Program-made: the position numbers and the translations under genes
Assembly: GCA_951406725.2 (NCBI GenBank)
Contig: OX597815.1
Coordinates: 51,398,001 to 51,462,000, forward strand
Length of the DNA: 64,000 bases
Direction: 5' to 3'
Source of the DNA: Octopus vulgaris
Taxonomy: Eukaryota
Notes under the pieces: generated by a model
What the model was told of the DNA's origin: nothing
What the model saw: the letters and a program-made list of their open reading frames with translations, nothing else
Database searches by the model: none
In this document: positions 10,429 to 23,073 of the stretch, piece after piece
Layout: each line of letters starts with the position of its first letter
How positions within the stretch are numbered: the stretch's first letter is position 1

Positions 10429-11319
10429 AATCAATAGACCTTTGTGTGCAAAATACCTTGAATGACATTGATTTAATTCCTATCATCTCTTCCCAAAATG
10501 TGGGTCATTATGCCCATGTTGGAAATTATAATAAATATTAATAGGTGAAGATCTATTCTGAAGGATTACTAGGGATCCTTTCCTCTAGCAGAAATGACAT
10601 TCCTAGGATTGTGGACATGTTTACAAAAGAGATCTATTAACTTGACTGGGAAACCAAGGAATGTGAGTTTGTTGCATCCTAAATCATGTATTGCTACCAC
10701 ACACAAACAATTATAAAGAAAAGGAAAGAAGCAAAGAATAAAAAAAAAAATTACACATTCCCTCCACAAAATGACAAACTTGGTGTGTGGAACCAGAAAT
10801 ATCATATGTATAAAGAACATTAGTGTTGCATTATCCCCTTCACCTATTTTTCTTGGAGATGGGTGGCAATATCTGTTCAAACTTCATGAATCATAATTAA
10901 TTAATTATAAAACCACTGAAGCCAAACCAGGAAGTTAGAATCTTTAAGAAACAAACAAATATATATATAAATATATACACAATAAAATACCAGCAATCCC
11001 ACCCCATCACAATCACAATCACTGCCAACATCATAATCACCACCATGACCACCACAATCGCTACCACCCCAACACTTCAAACACAACACATGTTATTGTT
11101 TTCAAAATTTCAACCAGACTCTTGTCTAAAAGTTTTCACCCATCCACTCCGATATTTCAAACTAGACTTACTGGCAACAAAAATGAGGAATTCTCTCATG
11201 TTAGCGTCTCATTAGGATTTTTCCTTCTTTATTTATTTATTTATTTAATTAATTATTTAAATATTTTTCATTTTGTTTATATATTTTATTTTAAAAATGA
11301 GAATACAAAGAGAGGCCAT

Positions 11320-11392
11320 ACCCACACAAACACAGTCACAAACACCGGCCACATACAAAGACACAGGCACACACACACACAATCAGCCACAT

Positions 11393-11437
<45 letters not shown>

Positions 11438-12109
11438 CATAGTCACAAATGCAACCACACACATACGCACATGAACACAAGGAGACAGGAGAGTGAAACA
11501 CACAAGCACAAACACACGTACGCATACACAAAAGCCATCTTCAAAGACTACATTGTGAATAGTTATTGCTGATAATCCATATGTCCAACCCTTTGGCCGT
11601 CTACACAAATAAGAAAGCAGTTGAAATTGATTGAGAAGACAACTAGAGACAATGAAAGCCAACAGAGAAGGAGGGAGAGAGAAAGAGGAGAGATGAAGAG
11701 AGGAAGTAAATGAAGGATAAGTGAAAATGTCTATGCTCTCCACGGCTATCTATCAAACCAACTAAATACAGTTTGGGTGGCCCGGCAAGAGATTAGAACT
11801 GAAAATTAGTATTTGATGAATGGTGTGTTTCAGATTTAGCATCCTCTGTGTGCATGTGTGTGTGTATGTGCGTGTGTGTGTATATGCTTGTGTGCATATA
11901 TTTGTATATTTGTGTGTGTGTGGGCACGTATTTGTATGTGTTTGTGCGCGTGTATGTAAGCATGACTTGTATAAGTTTATATACGACAGTTAACATGTAT
12001 GAGGATGTGTCTGTATTCATGTTTATCTAATTGCCTGTGTAAAGCTCTGTGCATGTGTGCGGGCACATACATGAATACATGTATGTATGTATGTATGTAT
12101 GTATGTATG

Positions 12110-12161
<52 letters not shown>

Positions 12162-12420
12162 GTGTATGTAAGTGTATTTGTGGATCCATATGCATACATG
12201 CATGATCGTATTCATGTTTATTTAATTCCCTGTTTACACATATGTGCATGTGTGTGCATGCGCATGCCTATATGAGCTTTTTGTGCAAGTGTGCGAGCAT
12301 GCATTCGAGTATGCATGTTTGCTTTCATGTTCATCTAATTGCTTATGTATCTGAGAGAGAGAGAGTGTGTGTGTGTGTTTGTGTGTGTGTGTAAGAACTC
12401 TATGTGTGATAAACACATTA
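11320..12420. repeat. Microsatellite-rich low-complexity block: (CT)n, (TG)n, (TATG)n, (TA)n
   Basis: Seen directly; explains the many CV/YI/HT-repeat ORFs here. Confidence 0.9.
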
Positions 12421-12993
12421 TTTATTATCCAATGGTTTGAGTGTTATTCTATCCCACTTCGTGTGATGCTGGCTTGTTTGAAGAAGACACCAACAGTGTC
12501 ATTTTGAAGTGCCATATTAATGGCGACTGCATATTTCATTTATTTATTTATTCATTCAGTCATTCATTCTTTCTTTCTTTTATTTATGTATTTATTTTGG
12601 CATGTATCGGATCAACATCCAATCCCATTTCCTAATCTAACTAATTGATCTACTAACGATATAAACGTCTCTAACAGAAACCATTAAGACTTCTTATGTA
12701 ATTGATATTAGACATTTATAGGCATCAATTTCTGACAGAAAAGAGAAACCAAGTCAGTGATGGGACTTGAACTGGGAAGCTAGTGCTTGCCAAGCAATCA
12801 TGTTGCCTATTACACTATTGTTAATTCATAAATTTAAATATGCAATGATCCCTATACAAAACTTGACTCGATGTTTATGTAGATGATGAAATACATAAGA
12901 GAAGTTGGCAGATACTCTGCAGTGTAATCAACAACAGTTGAAATCACAGAAGGGAAACTTCCTCTTTTCTGTCTCAAATTGGATGCAACGTTT

Positions 12994-13053
<60 letters not shown>

Positions 13054-13955
13054 ACTCACTCACTCAGTCACTGAGGCATGGCTATGTGGTTAAAAGTGAG
13101 CTTTGTAACTAATTGGTTTGGGGTTAAGTCTCATTGCACAGCATCAAGCTAACCAATGTTTTGTGAGTGAATTTGATAGATGAAAATCGCAGAAAGCTAA
13201 CTATACATGCATATATACACATACACGTATGCATGCACACACACACATCTGTGTGGTTGAGAAGTTCACCACTTTTCAAACATGTGCTTTCAGATTCAGT
13301 CTCATTTATGGTAGAACACCAATGAGGTGTTTGTATGATTGCATAATGTTTCCAGTACAGTCATGTAATTCTTTCAGCACTTCACTGAAACATGTGCATG
13401 TTCTATAAAGCTTTGAATACCCCATCTGTTTTCTACTTAGTTTTACTATTACTTGGCTTGTATTTCACACTCTAGCCTGTTTAGATTTTGGTATCCCATG
13501 TCATACTACACTGGATACAGGAGTGCGGTGTGGGACCCACAACTGAGCCTGATCATGGTGGCATGTTACACTTTGCTGTGTCCCACTTAATGATGTATTT
13601 ATATATGAATGTATTTATATGTATAATTAATTTTGCATCTGCTTTTCCTTCCATTTTGCTAACAAGATTTAACAAGCTAATGTGATTGTATACACATGGA
13701 CATATATATGTATATATGCAAATGAGTCCCTCCAATTCACTGAAAATCTTAGAGTGTTTATAAAGAGTACCTGTATAGGCAGTTAAAGGGAGTACACATT
13801 CATGAATAAAATCGCAATACAAGATTACAGCTAGTCCAGCTGATCTCTCTTTTTCTATCCACAAGGATATTGTACTTAAAGACAAGGTGTTTATATCTGT
13901 CTGCTACATACAGTATTGGCTAAAATCTGTAGATATAATCAGTACTAAAATATAG

Positions 13956-14338
13956 TGGAGGCACAATGGCCCAGTGGTTAGGGCAGTGGACTCGTGGTCA
14001 TAGGATCGCGGTTTCGATTCCCAGATCGGGCGTTGTGAGTGTTTATTGAGCGAAAACACCTAAAGCTCCACGAGGCTCCAGCAGGGGATGGTGGTGATCC
14101 CTGCTGTACTCTTTCACCACAACTTTCTCTCACTCTTACTTCCTGTTTCTGTTGTACCTGTATTTCAAAGGGCGGCCTTGTCACTCTCTGTGTCACGCTG
14201 AATATCCCCAAGAACTACGTTAAGGGTATACGTGTCTGTGGAGTGCTCAGCCACTTACACGTTAATTTCACGAGCAGGCTGTTCCGTTGATTCGGATCAA
14301 CCGGAACCCTCGTCATTATAACCGACGGAGTGCTTCCC
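13956..14338 (+). mobile_element. Young tRNA-derived SINE (family D) with 12-bp TSD
   Basis: A-box tggcccagtgg, B-box ggtttcgattccc, CpGs retained; perfect TSD ACTAAAATATAG at 13944-13955 and 14339-14350. Confidence 0.92.
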
Positions 14339-14364
14339 ACTAAAATATAGCATTTAAACAAAAC

Positions 14365-14736
14365 ACTTGCCGGTGACAAGTAAAAAACACCATTCGAGCG
14401 TGATCATTGCCAGCATCGCCTTACTGGCACATGTGCTGGTGGCATGTGAAAAACAACATTCAAGTGTGGTCGTTACCAATGCCACCGGACTGGCTCCCAT
14501 GCAGGTAGCACATAAAAACACCTTTTGCGCATGGTCGTTACCAGAACCGCCTGACAGGCCCTCGTGCTGGTGGCGCATAAAAAGCACTGGCAAAAAGTGG
14601 CTGGCATTAGGAAGGGCACCCAGCTGTACAAACATTGCCAGATCAGATTGAGCCTGGTGCAGCCTCTGGCTCTCCAGTCCTCAGTCAAACCGTCCAACCC
14701 AATCCAACATGGAAAGCGGACGTTAAACGATGACGA
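14365..14736 (+). mobile_element. RTE-LINE 3' UTR fragment with about 65-bp tandem units
   Basis: Matches the 3' UTR of the LINE at 21800-22935 and ends ggaaagcggacgttaaacgatgacgac. Confidence 0.8.
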
Positions 14737-15289
14737 CACAAATACAAATATATATGCATACAATTTTTATTAATGCATGCACACACACACACACATATCC
14801 ATACAGACTCTAAATTTCTAGGCCAGTGACTGGAGGCAATGTAAAGTCAAGAGGACTCTTTAGGTTGCTATTTCCCCAACAAGACTATGTAATGCTGGTG
14901 CCATGGATAATAAGCTGACAGTATATGCTACAAGATTGATGTCAGAGAGGGTATCCAGACACAGAAGCTAGAACACAAAACTAGAACATTTTATTAAGGC
15001 CAAGTACCCCAACCTATTCTGAATAAGAACTGATTCAGACAATGACAATCTATCTAACATGATGGGAAAAATTTTGATGATATGTACAGTTCTTGAAGAG
15101 TGTGTGTGTGGGGTGGGGTATCAATGTATATGGCTATGTACAAACATAATAGCATTTTTTCTTCTTCTTTAGATAAAGTTTTCTCAATCTACACAGACAT
15201 CCCTCTAATAGCCTGTTTCCTCCACTGCTAGCTTCAACTCGGGAACTGATAGGCTATAGTTGATCACTAGTCTGTCAATATATATTGTA

Positions 15290-15495
15290 GCTGGTCAATC
15301 TTTGCTCCTGTGGCCACACTACTTTACGGATACAGAACTTGGACCCTGACAAAATCATTGCAGGAAGAACTATACAGAATGCTACAACTGCTTACTCCAG
15401 CACACACTGGATATTGAATAGCAACAGAGGTTGACCAATATCAGAGATGGTCAGAGCCAGAAGACTCCGTTTTGCTGGGCACTGCCACCAGGTCA
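15290..15495 (+). pseudogene. Decayed RTE-like LINE C-terminal fragment
   Basis: Frameshifted TLLYG..TWTLTK and ISEMVRARRLRFAGHC motifs. Confidence 0.6.
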
Positions 15496-16450
15496 GGAAT
15501 AGAATTAGTATTTTCTAAATTCCATACAAAATGTTAATCCAATTGTATTACTATATTAGGCAAATTCAATGTAATTTCAAAGTAAAAATATCCTTTACCA
15601 TAGATTTTATCTATTTGGAGATAGTAAGAAAGCTTCTATGAAGTGACTCACTTTGTTCAATGAACCAAAGTAATTTCTCTCATCAAACAGACAAGCATAC
15701 TTCAATCAAGAACCACATATTGGAACAGATGCTTCCAAAATTAAATATAAGATAACAATAGTGAGATTACTGATTGATATGCAATGTCTGTAAATTGTTT
15801 AAACATGTCAATTTAGGGTGAAGTTTTATCTCTCAATCAACAATCAGTTGACCTAGCTGTATCAATTGACAATTTCCTACCAAATCCCATATACGGATTA
15901 CTAAACTAATTGTCACTATATCTACTTCATCTATTAAAATCTGTTCAGTGGGGCAGAAAAAGCCTTTAAAAATATGCTATATTTAAAAAACTACAATTAA
16001 AAATTAATAATTAATCAAAGAGTAGGAGAGTAAAGTGTTATCACATTAGATAAAAAAATTAATTTTTCTACATAATCTCTATAAAGTACTCTTAATATAT
16101 ATAAAGAATTGTATATTTGGTAAAATAAATTCAATCAACTTCCTCCTTTTTTCTTTCCAATTGAATAAAAAAACAGTTAAATGAAAGAAGTTTGTGTATG
16201 ATAAATTATGTATGTTCAAATCCCTCTCAGAATGTCTGAATATTCTAAATCTCCTAAATAAGTACAAGATAAGATAAGATGTTTGTTGATTTCCTGTAGG
16301 ATTTAGGCTTTCTGAAACAGAATTATGGCAGAATTAATAATTAGCCAGGGACTTTCATCTCCTTCTTTCACTTGTTTAAATTAAAAACAAATTAAAGTTT
16401 CTTATTCAACACCGCAATTGATATAAAATTATACATTCATACATACATAC

Positions 16451-16489
<39 letters not shown>

Positions 16490-16646
16490 TACATATACAT
16501 ACACAAGCATATGTATGTAGAAACACACATACATAAATATATATATATATATATATATATAATAAATTTATGTGTGTGTGTGTGTGTGTGTATATATATA
16601 CACACACATGCATATTTATAAGTGTGTGTGAGTGTGTATATATATA

Positions 16647-17154
16647 TCATCATCATCATCCTTTAACGTCTGCTTTCCATGCTTGCATGGGTTGGACAAT
16701 TTGACTGAAGACTGGCGAACCAGATTGCTGCGCCAGGCTCCAATCTGATCTGGCAGTGATCCCGCTCAGATGGATCTGTTAGTGCTCCACTGGCATGAGT
16801 ACCAGTCATCAAATTTGGTTCAATTTCGATTTCAGTTGCCCCAACAGGTCTTTGTAAGTAGAGTTTAGTGTCCAATGAAGGGAGGTTGGTATGGGTACCA
16901 GTATTCAAATTTGTTTTGATTTCAAATTCAATTTCGATTTCACTTGCCTCAACAGGTCTTCACAAACAGAGTTTTGTGCCCAAAGAAGGAAAGGTATGCA
17001 TAAGTGGGCTGGATACATCCCTGGTAAAGGCCACAGGTTATGGTCTCATTTGTCCTGCTGGGTCTTCTCATGCACAGCATATTTCCAATGGTCTCGGTCA
17101 CTAGCCATTGCCTTAGTGAGGCCTAATGTTCGAAGGTCATGCTTCACCACCTCC

Positions 17155-17155
<1 letters not shown>
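16647..17155 (-). mobile_element. RTE LINE 3' end with (GAT)n tail
   Basis: EVVKHDLRTLGLTKAMASDRDHWKYAVHEKT matches the C-terminus at 22390-22485. Confidence 0.85.
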
Positions 17156-17186
<31 letters not shown>

Positions 17187-17837
17187 GTATGAGTGAATGA
17201 GAGGGGAGAAGACAGATACGCATGTGCACATGTACACACAAACATGAATAAATCCCATTGCTTGGAAAAATGAACATGAAAGGGAAAAACAAGAAAGTCA
17301 TTTTCTCTGTGTTCTTTTATGTGTTTCAAATACTAAACTGGGACCAATTTCATCATATGAACCCTTCAAAATGGTACTCCAGCAAGGGCAAATCAAATTG
17401 GCTCCAGATCTTACTGTTATAAGTTTGATATTAATTCTACTGGTCTCTAATTAATGACAGGGATATAAGCAAACCAACACTGGTGATCAAATAGTGAGAA
17501 CAAAGTGCAAAGAAGTATGTGCATACACATAATCATCATCATCAGCAGCAGCAGCTTTATCTAGTATCTGAGAATTTAGTTTCTTCCTTACTGAATGCTT
17601 CCCTTATGGTGATGGTTTTGATGCAATTCTTGACTGCATGGTAATGTTGGTGGAGGATGCAGTTGATTTTGTTAAGCCCTTCTCTCCTGTCATTTGATTT
17701 CTTCCTTTTCTCATCTGGTGGCTTTGAAGTTTTGGCTTCCAATAGTGATGGAACACTGCCAATTGATACAGTCTCGGGCTTGTATTTCAAATGATTTAGG
17801 CTCAAGTGTATACAAACACATACACAAACACACACAA

Positions 17838-17998
17838 TGAGCTTCTGTACATTTTCTATATACTAAATCCACTCAGAAGGCAATGGTTGGCCCAAGGCTA
17901 CAGCAGAAGATACTTGCCCAAGATGTCAAGTAGAGTGAAAGAACCAAAAATCACACAACAGTAAAGTGAACTTCTTAACCATACAACCATTCTTGCAC
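17838..17998 (-). mobile_element. Family-A SINE 5' half, degraded
   Basis: aaatccactc..ggttggcccaaggcta..gaagatacttgcccaag. Confidence 0.7.
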
Positions 17999-19070
17999 CA
18001 TTTGCAAACAGTTTGGCTTTTGTTTGTTTTTTGTTTTTTCATGAACATCAACTACAGTTATGTGTATATGTACAAACATAATATCCAAGGTTGGTTAATT
18101 GAATCAAAACATTTATATCTATTGAGTAAGCATTAAAACTATAAAACTCTTCACGTCACCCACTTCTTGGATTCACCAGACACGCTCAAATCAATGAAGG
18201 AGACTCTACATAGGATTTTCACAGTCAGAATACTTTTATTTATAGTTCAGTTGTATTGGTGCTGACTGGAGCATAAACTTATAGAAATAGCTATTGAATC
18301 TCCCTAAAGTCAACCCTATAATCTTAAAAAAGGAAGACATATTGGACAAACGAACAAACAGGCAGGCAGGCAGAGAGACACAGATAGATATATAGATACC
18401 TTCCCATACATTGGATGACCATGGTTGGAATACCTTTGATTGACAAGAGTCATTCTAGCAAAGCTGTCTTACGTACTGCAATTCTTCTATTCTTGGTATT
18501 GTCAAAGTAATGATTTCAAACAAACATGGGTTTTTCCATCTCAACCAAGAAAAAAAACAAAACAAACACTACACTGCAATTGTCTTATAAGGCCAATATG
18601 AGTAATGTTCTCGTATTTGGATCATCTCTTCTAATTATTGGCATTCTCAACCACATTCAGATCAAAGTAATCTTCCCCATTTCTTTCATTAAAAATAATT
18701 AAGTAGCTTGTCCTTGACCTATTTTCTCTGTTTCCCTTCTCTCTCTCTCTTTTTCATCTCTCTCTCTCTCTCTCTTTCACTCTTTCATATACAGTTACTG
18801 TAAAGGATTAAGTTGTTGATTGTGTAAAATCTCCATTTGAGGTTCTTGTTAATCCACAAAGGACCTTTTAACAGAATTTCTTAATCTGCTAGAAATAGCA
18901 ATCAAATCTACTTCAAATTACATCCTTCTCAAATGAATAATTGGAAATGTGCTCCTAGATACACTATGCCTGAAACACTGAGATGGTCTTGATCAGGATA
19001 TTCGAACACCTTCCATTCTCAGTCAGCTCAATCAACATTAACCCAGGTTTAAATACTGCAAACTATTACA

Positions 19071-19300
19071 CGGCGGGCTGGCAAAAACGTTAGCACGCCA
19101 AGCGAAATGCTTAGCGGTATTTCATCTGCCGCTACGTTCTGAGTTCAAATTCTGCCAAGGTCAATTTTGCCTTTCATCCTTTTGGGGTCAATTAAATAAG
19201 TACCAATTACGCACTGGGGTCAATATAATCGACTTAATCCGTTTGTCCTTGTTTGTCCCCTCTGTGTGTAGCCCCTTGTGGGCAGTAAATAAATAAGAAA
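19071..19300 (+). mobile_element. Family-B SINE, young CpG-rich copy with variant tail
   Basis: cggcgggctggcaaaaacgttagcacgccaagcgaaatgcttagcgg..gagttcaaattc..gccccttgtgggcagtaaa. Confidence 0.88.
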
Positions 19301-19772
19301 CTATTACACTTGTATCAATCACACACACTAGCACCAAGCTATATATGGTGTCTATACTACAATTAACTGTTATTTTGAGAAAATACCTCATGTGACCTGG
19401 ATAATCTCTATAAAACTTTCATGTTTCATGATTTGAATGAAGAGTACTGATATTATTCAAGCCATCACCTCCTGTTACAAGAAAGCTCATCTCCTCTGCA
19501 ACTATATACATAATGGTTTTGTCCCATTCAATGCATTGAGGAGAGAAAATATACATTCTATTCCTATGTTTCTTATCATCATATTTACTATGAAGCATTG
19601 CATTCCCAGGTCTTACCAAACATTATATCATTTCTTTCTAAACCTTCCTTGATCAATTGCTATTAACTAATGCCTTGCAATACTCATAGTACTTTTCCAT
19701 TTGGTATGTACAAAGCATTACTCTTCTATATAACTGTAACATGCATCTCCTGCTCTTGCATACATCTGTCTG

Positions 19773-19833
<61 letters not shown>

Positions 19834-20674
19834 TACATGTATAAATAATTCCATCTAAATAACTGAATACATTACATTAAGCTGGATCGAATGACAGAGA
19901 CACACATGGCATTACAAGGAGACACCCCAAGAGTGTTGAGAATTAGTTAATGTATTGTTATATTTCACTTGGCATTTGATTATAGAATTTCACATCTGTT
20001 TATCAGAATCAATTTATTTCTTATGAGTAAATTGGTAACTAAATTACTCTTCAGGCCTTTCTGATTTTTTTGTTTTGGTTTTGTTTATATCATATATCTT
20101 CTACTCTTTTCTTCTTTTCTTCTTTCGCCTCACCAACCTAACAGTTGTTTGTTAGACTTCTACTCATTGCAAAGTTGGATACAATTTACTTTTGGATAGA
20201 AATCAGGATTTTATCTTCCATCCTTCTCCACATTAGTGACTAAAATCCAACAAGCCTAAAAGATATTTTAGGATTTCTGTCTGATTGCAACCATATGGAG
20301 GCCCCAGGACTTCTTTCCTTATTTTAAATTCAGGAATACACAAAACTTGTGTACTAATAAATGCACTTAAGATAGATGGCATGCTAAGGGTCTTCCTCCT
20401 ACACTTCTTTACTATCATATCATTTTATAATGAAAGTATGGAATATATAAACTGGTATAATAGTACATTTTGATATGCTCCAGTCTTGAGACAAAACTTT
20501 CTTAAAGTCTAATGAAACTACATAGTTGTATATATATATACACACATATAATCATTTAATGTCAGTTTTCCATGCTGGCATGGGTTGACCAGATTGATAG
20601 GAGCTGACCAGCTAAAGACAGGCTCCCTGTCTGTCTTGGCATGGTTTCTATGGCTGGATACTCTTCCTAATGCC

Positions 20675-20734
<60 letters not shown>

Positions 20735-20740
20735 ATGCAT

Positions 20741-21115
20741 GCAGGAGTGGCTGTGTGGTAAGTAGCCTGCTTCCCAACCACATTGTTCCAGGTTCAGTCC
20801 CACTGCATGGCACCTTGGGCAAGTGTCTTCTACAATAGCCTTAGGCTGACCAAAGCTTTGTAAGTAGATTTGGTAGACGGAAACTGAAAGAAGCCTGTCG
20901 TGTATGTGTATATGTTTGTGTAAACCCCCCCCCCCACCGCTTGACAACCGATGCTGATATGTTTACATCCCCGTAACTTAGCAGCTCAGCAAAAGAGTCT
21001 GACAGAATATGTACAAGGCTTACAAGGAATAAGTTCTGGGGTCAATTTGCTTGACTAAAGGCAGTGCCCCAGCATGGCCACAGTCAAATGACTGAAACAA
21101 ATGAAAGAATAAAAG
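20741..21115 (+). mobile_element. Full-length family-A SINE
   Basis: Head gcaggagtggctgtgtggtaag through tail gactgaaacaaatgaaagaataaaaga. Confidence 0.9.
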
Positions 21116-21799
21116 ATTACTCTATGCTATTGATCTACGTCACATCACTTTACACAAGCTTTTGGCTCAAATAAATACCAGTAGACATAAGGAGTTGAAA
21201 GATCAACATAGAATATCTCCACTCTTCATAAACACTTGTTAAAAGAAATCAACAAAAGTTGGGTGAAAAATATCTAAATTACAATTATTTATAATGAAGA
21301 AACATCTTGTACTTAGACTCTTGAAAAGAAAAATGGTAATGTTCATTTCTTAAGCTTTTCATGGCCACATTTCTAATGAAAATACATTGGTTCAATGATT
21401 TTCAAAAGTCAAGATTTTAAAAAATTGTACAAGACGACAAAGGAACACACAGAAAGTTCATACACAGGATGTGGATATGTTCTCTCCTCATCAGTTATTG
21501 TTCAAAAATCATAACACTTTCACATTTTAATTTCAATATATAATTTCTTTTATTTCTTTTACTTATTTCTTTTACTTATTTCAGTCATCTGACTGTGTTC
21601 ATGTCTGAGCACCACCTTTAGTCGAACAAATCGAGCCCAGGACTTATTCTTTGTAAGCCTACTACTTATTCTACTGGTCTCTTTTGCTGAACCACTAAGT
21701 TACGGGGATGTAACCACAATAACATCGGTTGTCAAGCGATAGTAGGGGCACAAACACAGACACACACATACATACATATAAATATATCAATACAAAAAG

Positions 21800-22935
21800 A
21801 TACTACAATGATATATTAATATGGGAAGATAGCTTTTGTATGTGGCAAATGCTCAGGAGTTATAAACACTGAAAATGTGCAGAAAACAGCTTCTGTCACA
21901 TTCCAGGGACAAAAACTAGAAGTAGTTGATAGCTTCCGTTATCTAGGGGACCAAGTCAGTAGTAGGGATGGATGCTCTAATAATGTAGGTGCTTGAATAA
22001 GAATAGCCTGGGCAAAGTTCAGAGAGCTCCTGCCTCTGCTGGTGACAAAGGGCCTCTCACTCAGAGTAAAAGGTAGACTGTATGATGCATATGTGTAAAC
22101 AACCATGCTATATGGCAATGAAACATGGGTTGTGACTGCTGAGGACATGCGTAAGCTTGCAAGGAATGAAGCCAGTATGCTCCGATGGATGTGTAATGTC
22201 AGTGTGAATACAAGACAGAGTGTAAGCGCCCTGAAAGGATTTAAAAAGCATCAGATATGGCATGCAAGAGAGACGACTGTGCTGGTATGGTCATGTGTTG
22301 TGAATGAATGAGGACATCTGTGTGAAAAAGTGCCACACCCTAGCAGTTGAGGGAACCTGTGGAAGCGGTAGACCCAGGAAAACCTGGGATGAAGTGGTGA
22401 AGCACAACCTTCGAACATTGGGCCTTAATGAGGCGATGACTAGAGACCGAGACCTTTGGAGATATGCTGTGCTTGAGAAGACCTGACAAGCTAAGTGAGA
22501 CCATAGCTCATGGCCTATGCCAGTGGGTGTAACCAGCCCATTTAAGAATACCCCTCATTCATTGGACAATAAACATTACTTGTAAAGATATTGAGGCAAG
22601 TGAAATCAAAATCAAAATTGTTGACATGGTCGACGACAGTGCTGCCTGATTGGCACTCATTCCAGTGGAATGTTAAAAGCACATCCGAGCGTGATCATTG
22701 CCAGGGCCATGGATTGGCTCCTGTGCCAGTGACATGGGAAAAGCATCATTCAAGCGCGGTCATTGCCAGTGCAGCCGGACTGGCTCCTGTGCAGGTAGCA
22801 CATAAAAACACCTTTTGAGTGTGGTCACTGCTAGTACTGCCTGTCTGGCACTCATGCCGGTGGCATGTAAAAGCACCCACTACACTCTCGGAGTGGTTGG
22901 TGTTAGGAAGGACATCCAGCTGTAGAAACTGTGCC
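21800..22935 (+). pseudogene. RTE-clade LINE, 5'-truncated (RT C-terminus plus 3' UTR)
   Basis: VDSFRYLGDQVSS..IRIAWAKFRELLPLLVTKGLSLRVKGRLY..MLYGNETW..RNEASMLRWMC..GRPRKTWDEVVKHNL, with stops and frameshifts. Confidence 0.92.
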
Positions 22936-23002
22936 AGATCAGATTGAGCCTGGTAAGACAAAAGAATGAAAGAGACCTCGATATTATGTAAATAGAGGAA
23001 TT

Positions 23003-23073
23003 TATCTGTAAATATAATATGTGACAGTTATTCAGTAGCCATGAATAATTGTCACATATTATATTTACAGATA
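23003..23073. repeat. 71-nt hairpin (32-bp stem, 7-nt loop) next to (TA)n
   Basis: tatctgtaaatataatatgtgacagttattca-gtagcca-tgaataattgtcacatattatatttacagata, with one G.T pair. Confidence 0.9.

Noticed and set aside
13957-14030. tRNA gene
   Set aside because: It has A and B boxes but no proper acceptor stem, and continues into a 300-bp SINE body bounded by TSDs.
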